NCBI GenBank assembly: GCA_050084985.1
Contig: JBITNC010000001.1
Location: forward strand, 67,332,001-67,396,000
From: Nageia nagi
Lineage: Eukaryota > Plantae > Pinophyta
Length of the DNA: 64,000 nt
Direction of reading: 5' to 3'
In this document: positions 63,857 through 64,000 of the stretch, one piece after another
Numbering within the stretch: the first letter of the stretch is position 1
Layout: every line of letters starts with the position of its first letter
The notes under the pieces: model-generated
Databases searched by the model: none
What the model was told of the DNA's origin: nothing
Seen by the model: the letters and a program-made list of their open reading frames with translations, nothing else
Translations under genes and position numbers: made by a program

Positions 63857-64000
63857 TGTTAGAATTTGTAATGAAATATTATGAATATATAAACTCCTTG
63901 TAAATTCAATTAATCACTTAAAGGATATTTAGATACCTTAAGAGATTAATTGAATTCTTTATTATGTAAACTTTGACCTTACCATGTGGGTAGTTGGTAG
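63857..64000. mobile_element. Start of a probable LTR inserted into the third hAT copy
   Basis: Homology with copies 1 and 2 stops after ggaattgcaagt, and new sequence begins TGTTAGAA, a typical LTR terminus. Confidence 0.5.

Overview
AT-rich, strongly CpG-depleted eukaryotic DNA, most likely from a large-genome seed plant such as a gymnosperm (inferred from the TE types and PLS-class PPR relics). I found no intact host gene, RNA gene or CRISPR array. From left to right the window holds: (1) the end of an LTR retrotransposon with a decayed accessory ORF and a 111-bp tandem array (1-4360); (2) a minus-strand Ty3/gypsy Tat-lineage element (gag-PR-RT-RH-aRH-INT) with an antisense plant-mobile-domain ORF (4610-16555); (3) a rearranged tandem duplication containing an ORF1-only poly(A)-tailed LINE derivative, a copia-like LTR and a CpG-retaining pseudo-exon (16556-29036); (4) a ~13-14 kb block present twice (27919-41364 and 47914-62191) containing an L1 LINE with an extra third ORF between ORF2 and the poly(A) tail, a ZNF862-like hAT transposase convergent with an unknown three-exon gene, and a second LINE; (5) PPR pseudogenes, including a five-fold tandem amplification of a chimeric PPR unit (42238-45740). 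The best candidate for an undescribed system is the ORF3-bearing L1. All coding sequences are decayed. Translations were done by eye across stops and frameshifts, domain names come from recognised motifs rather than database searches, and many boundaries are approximate.
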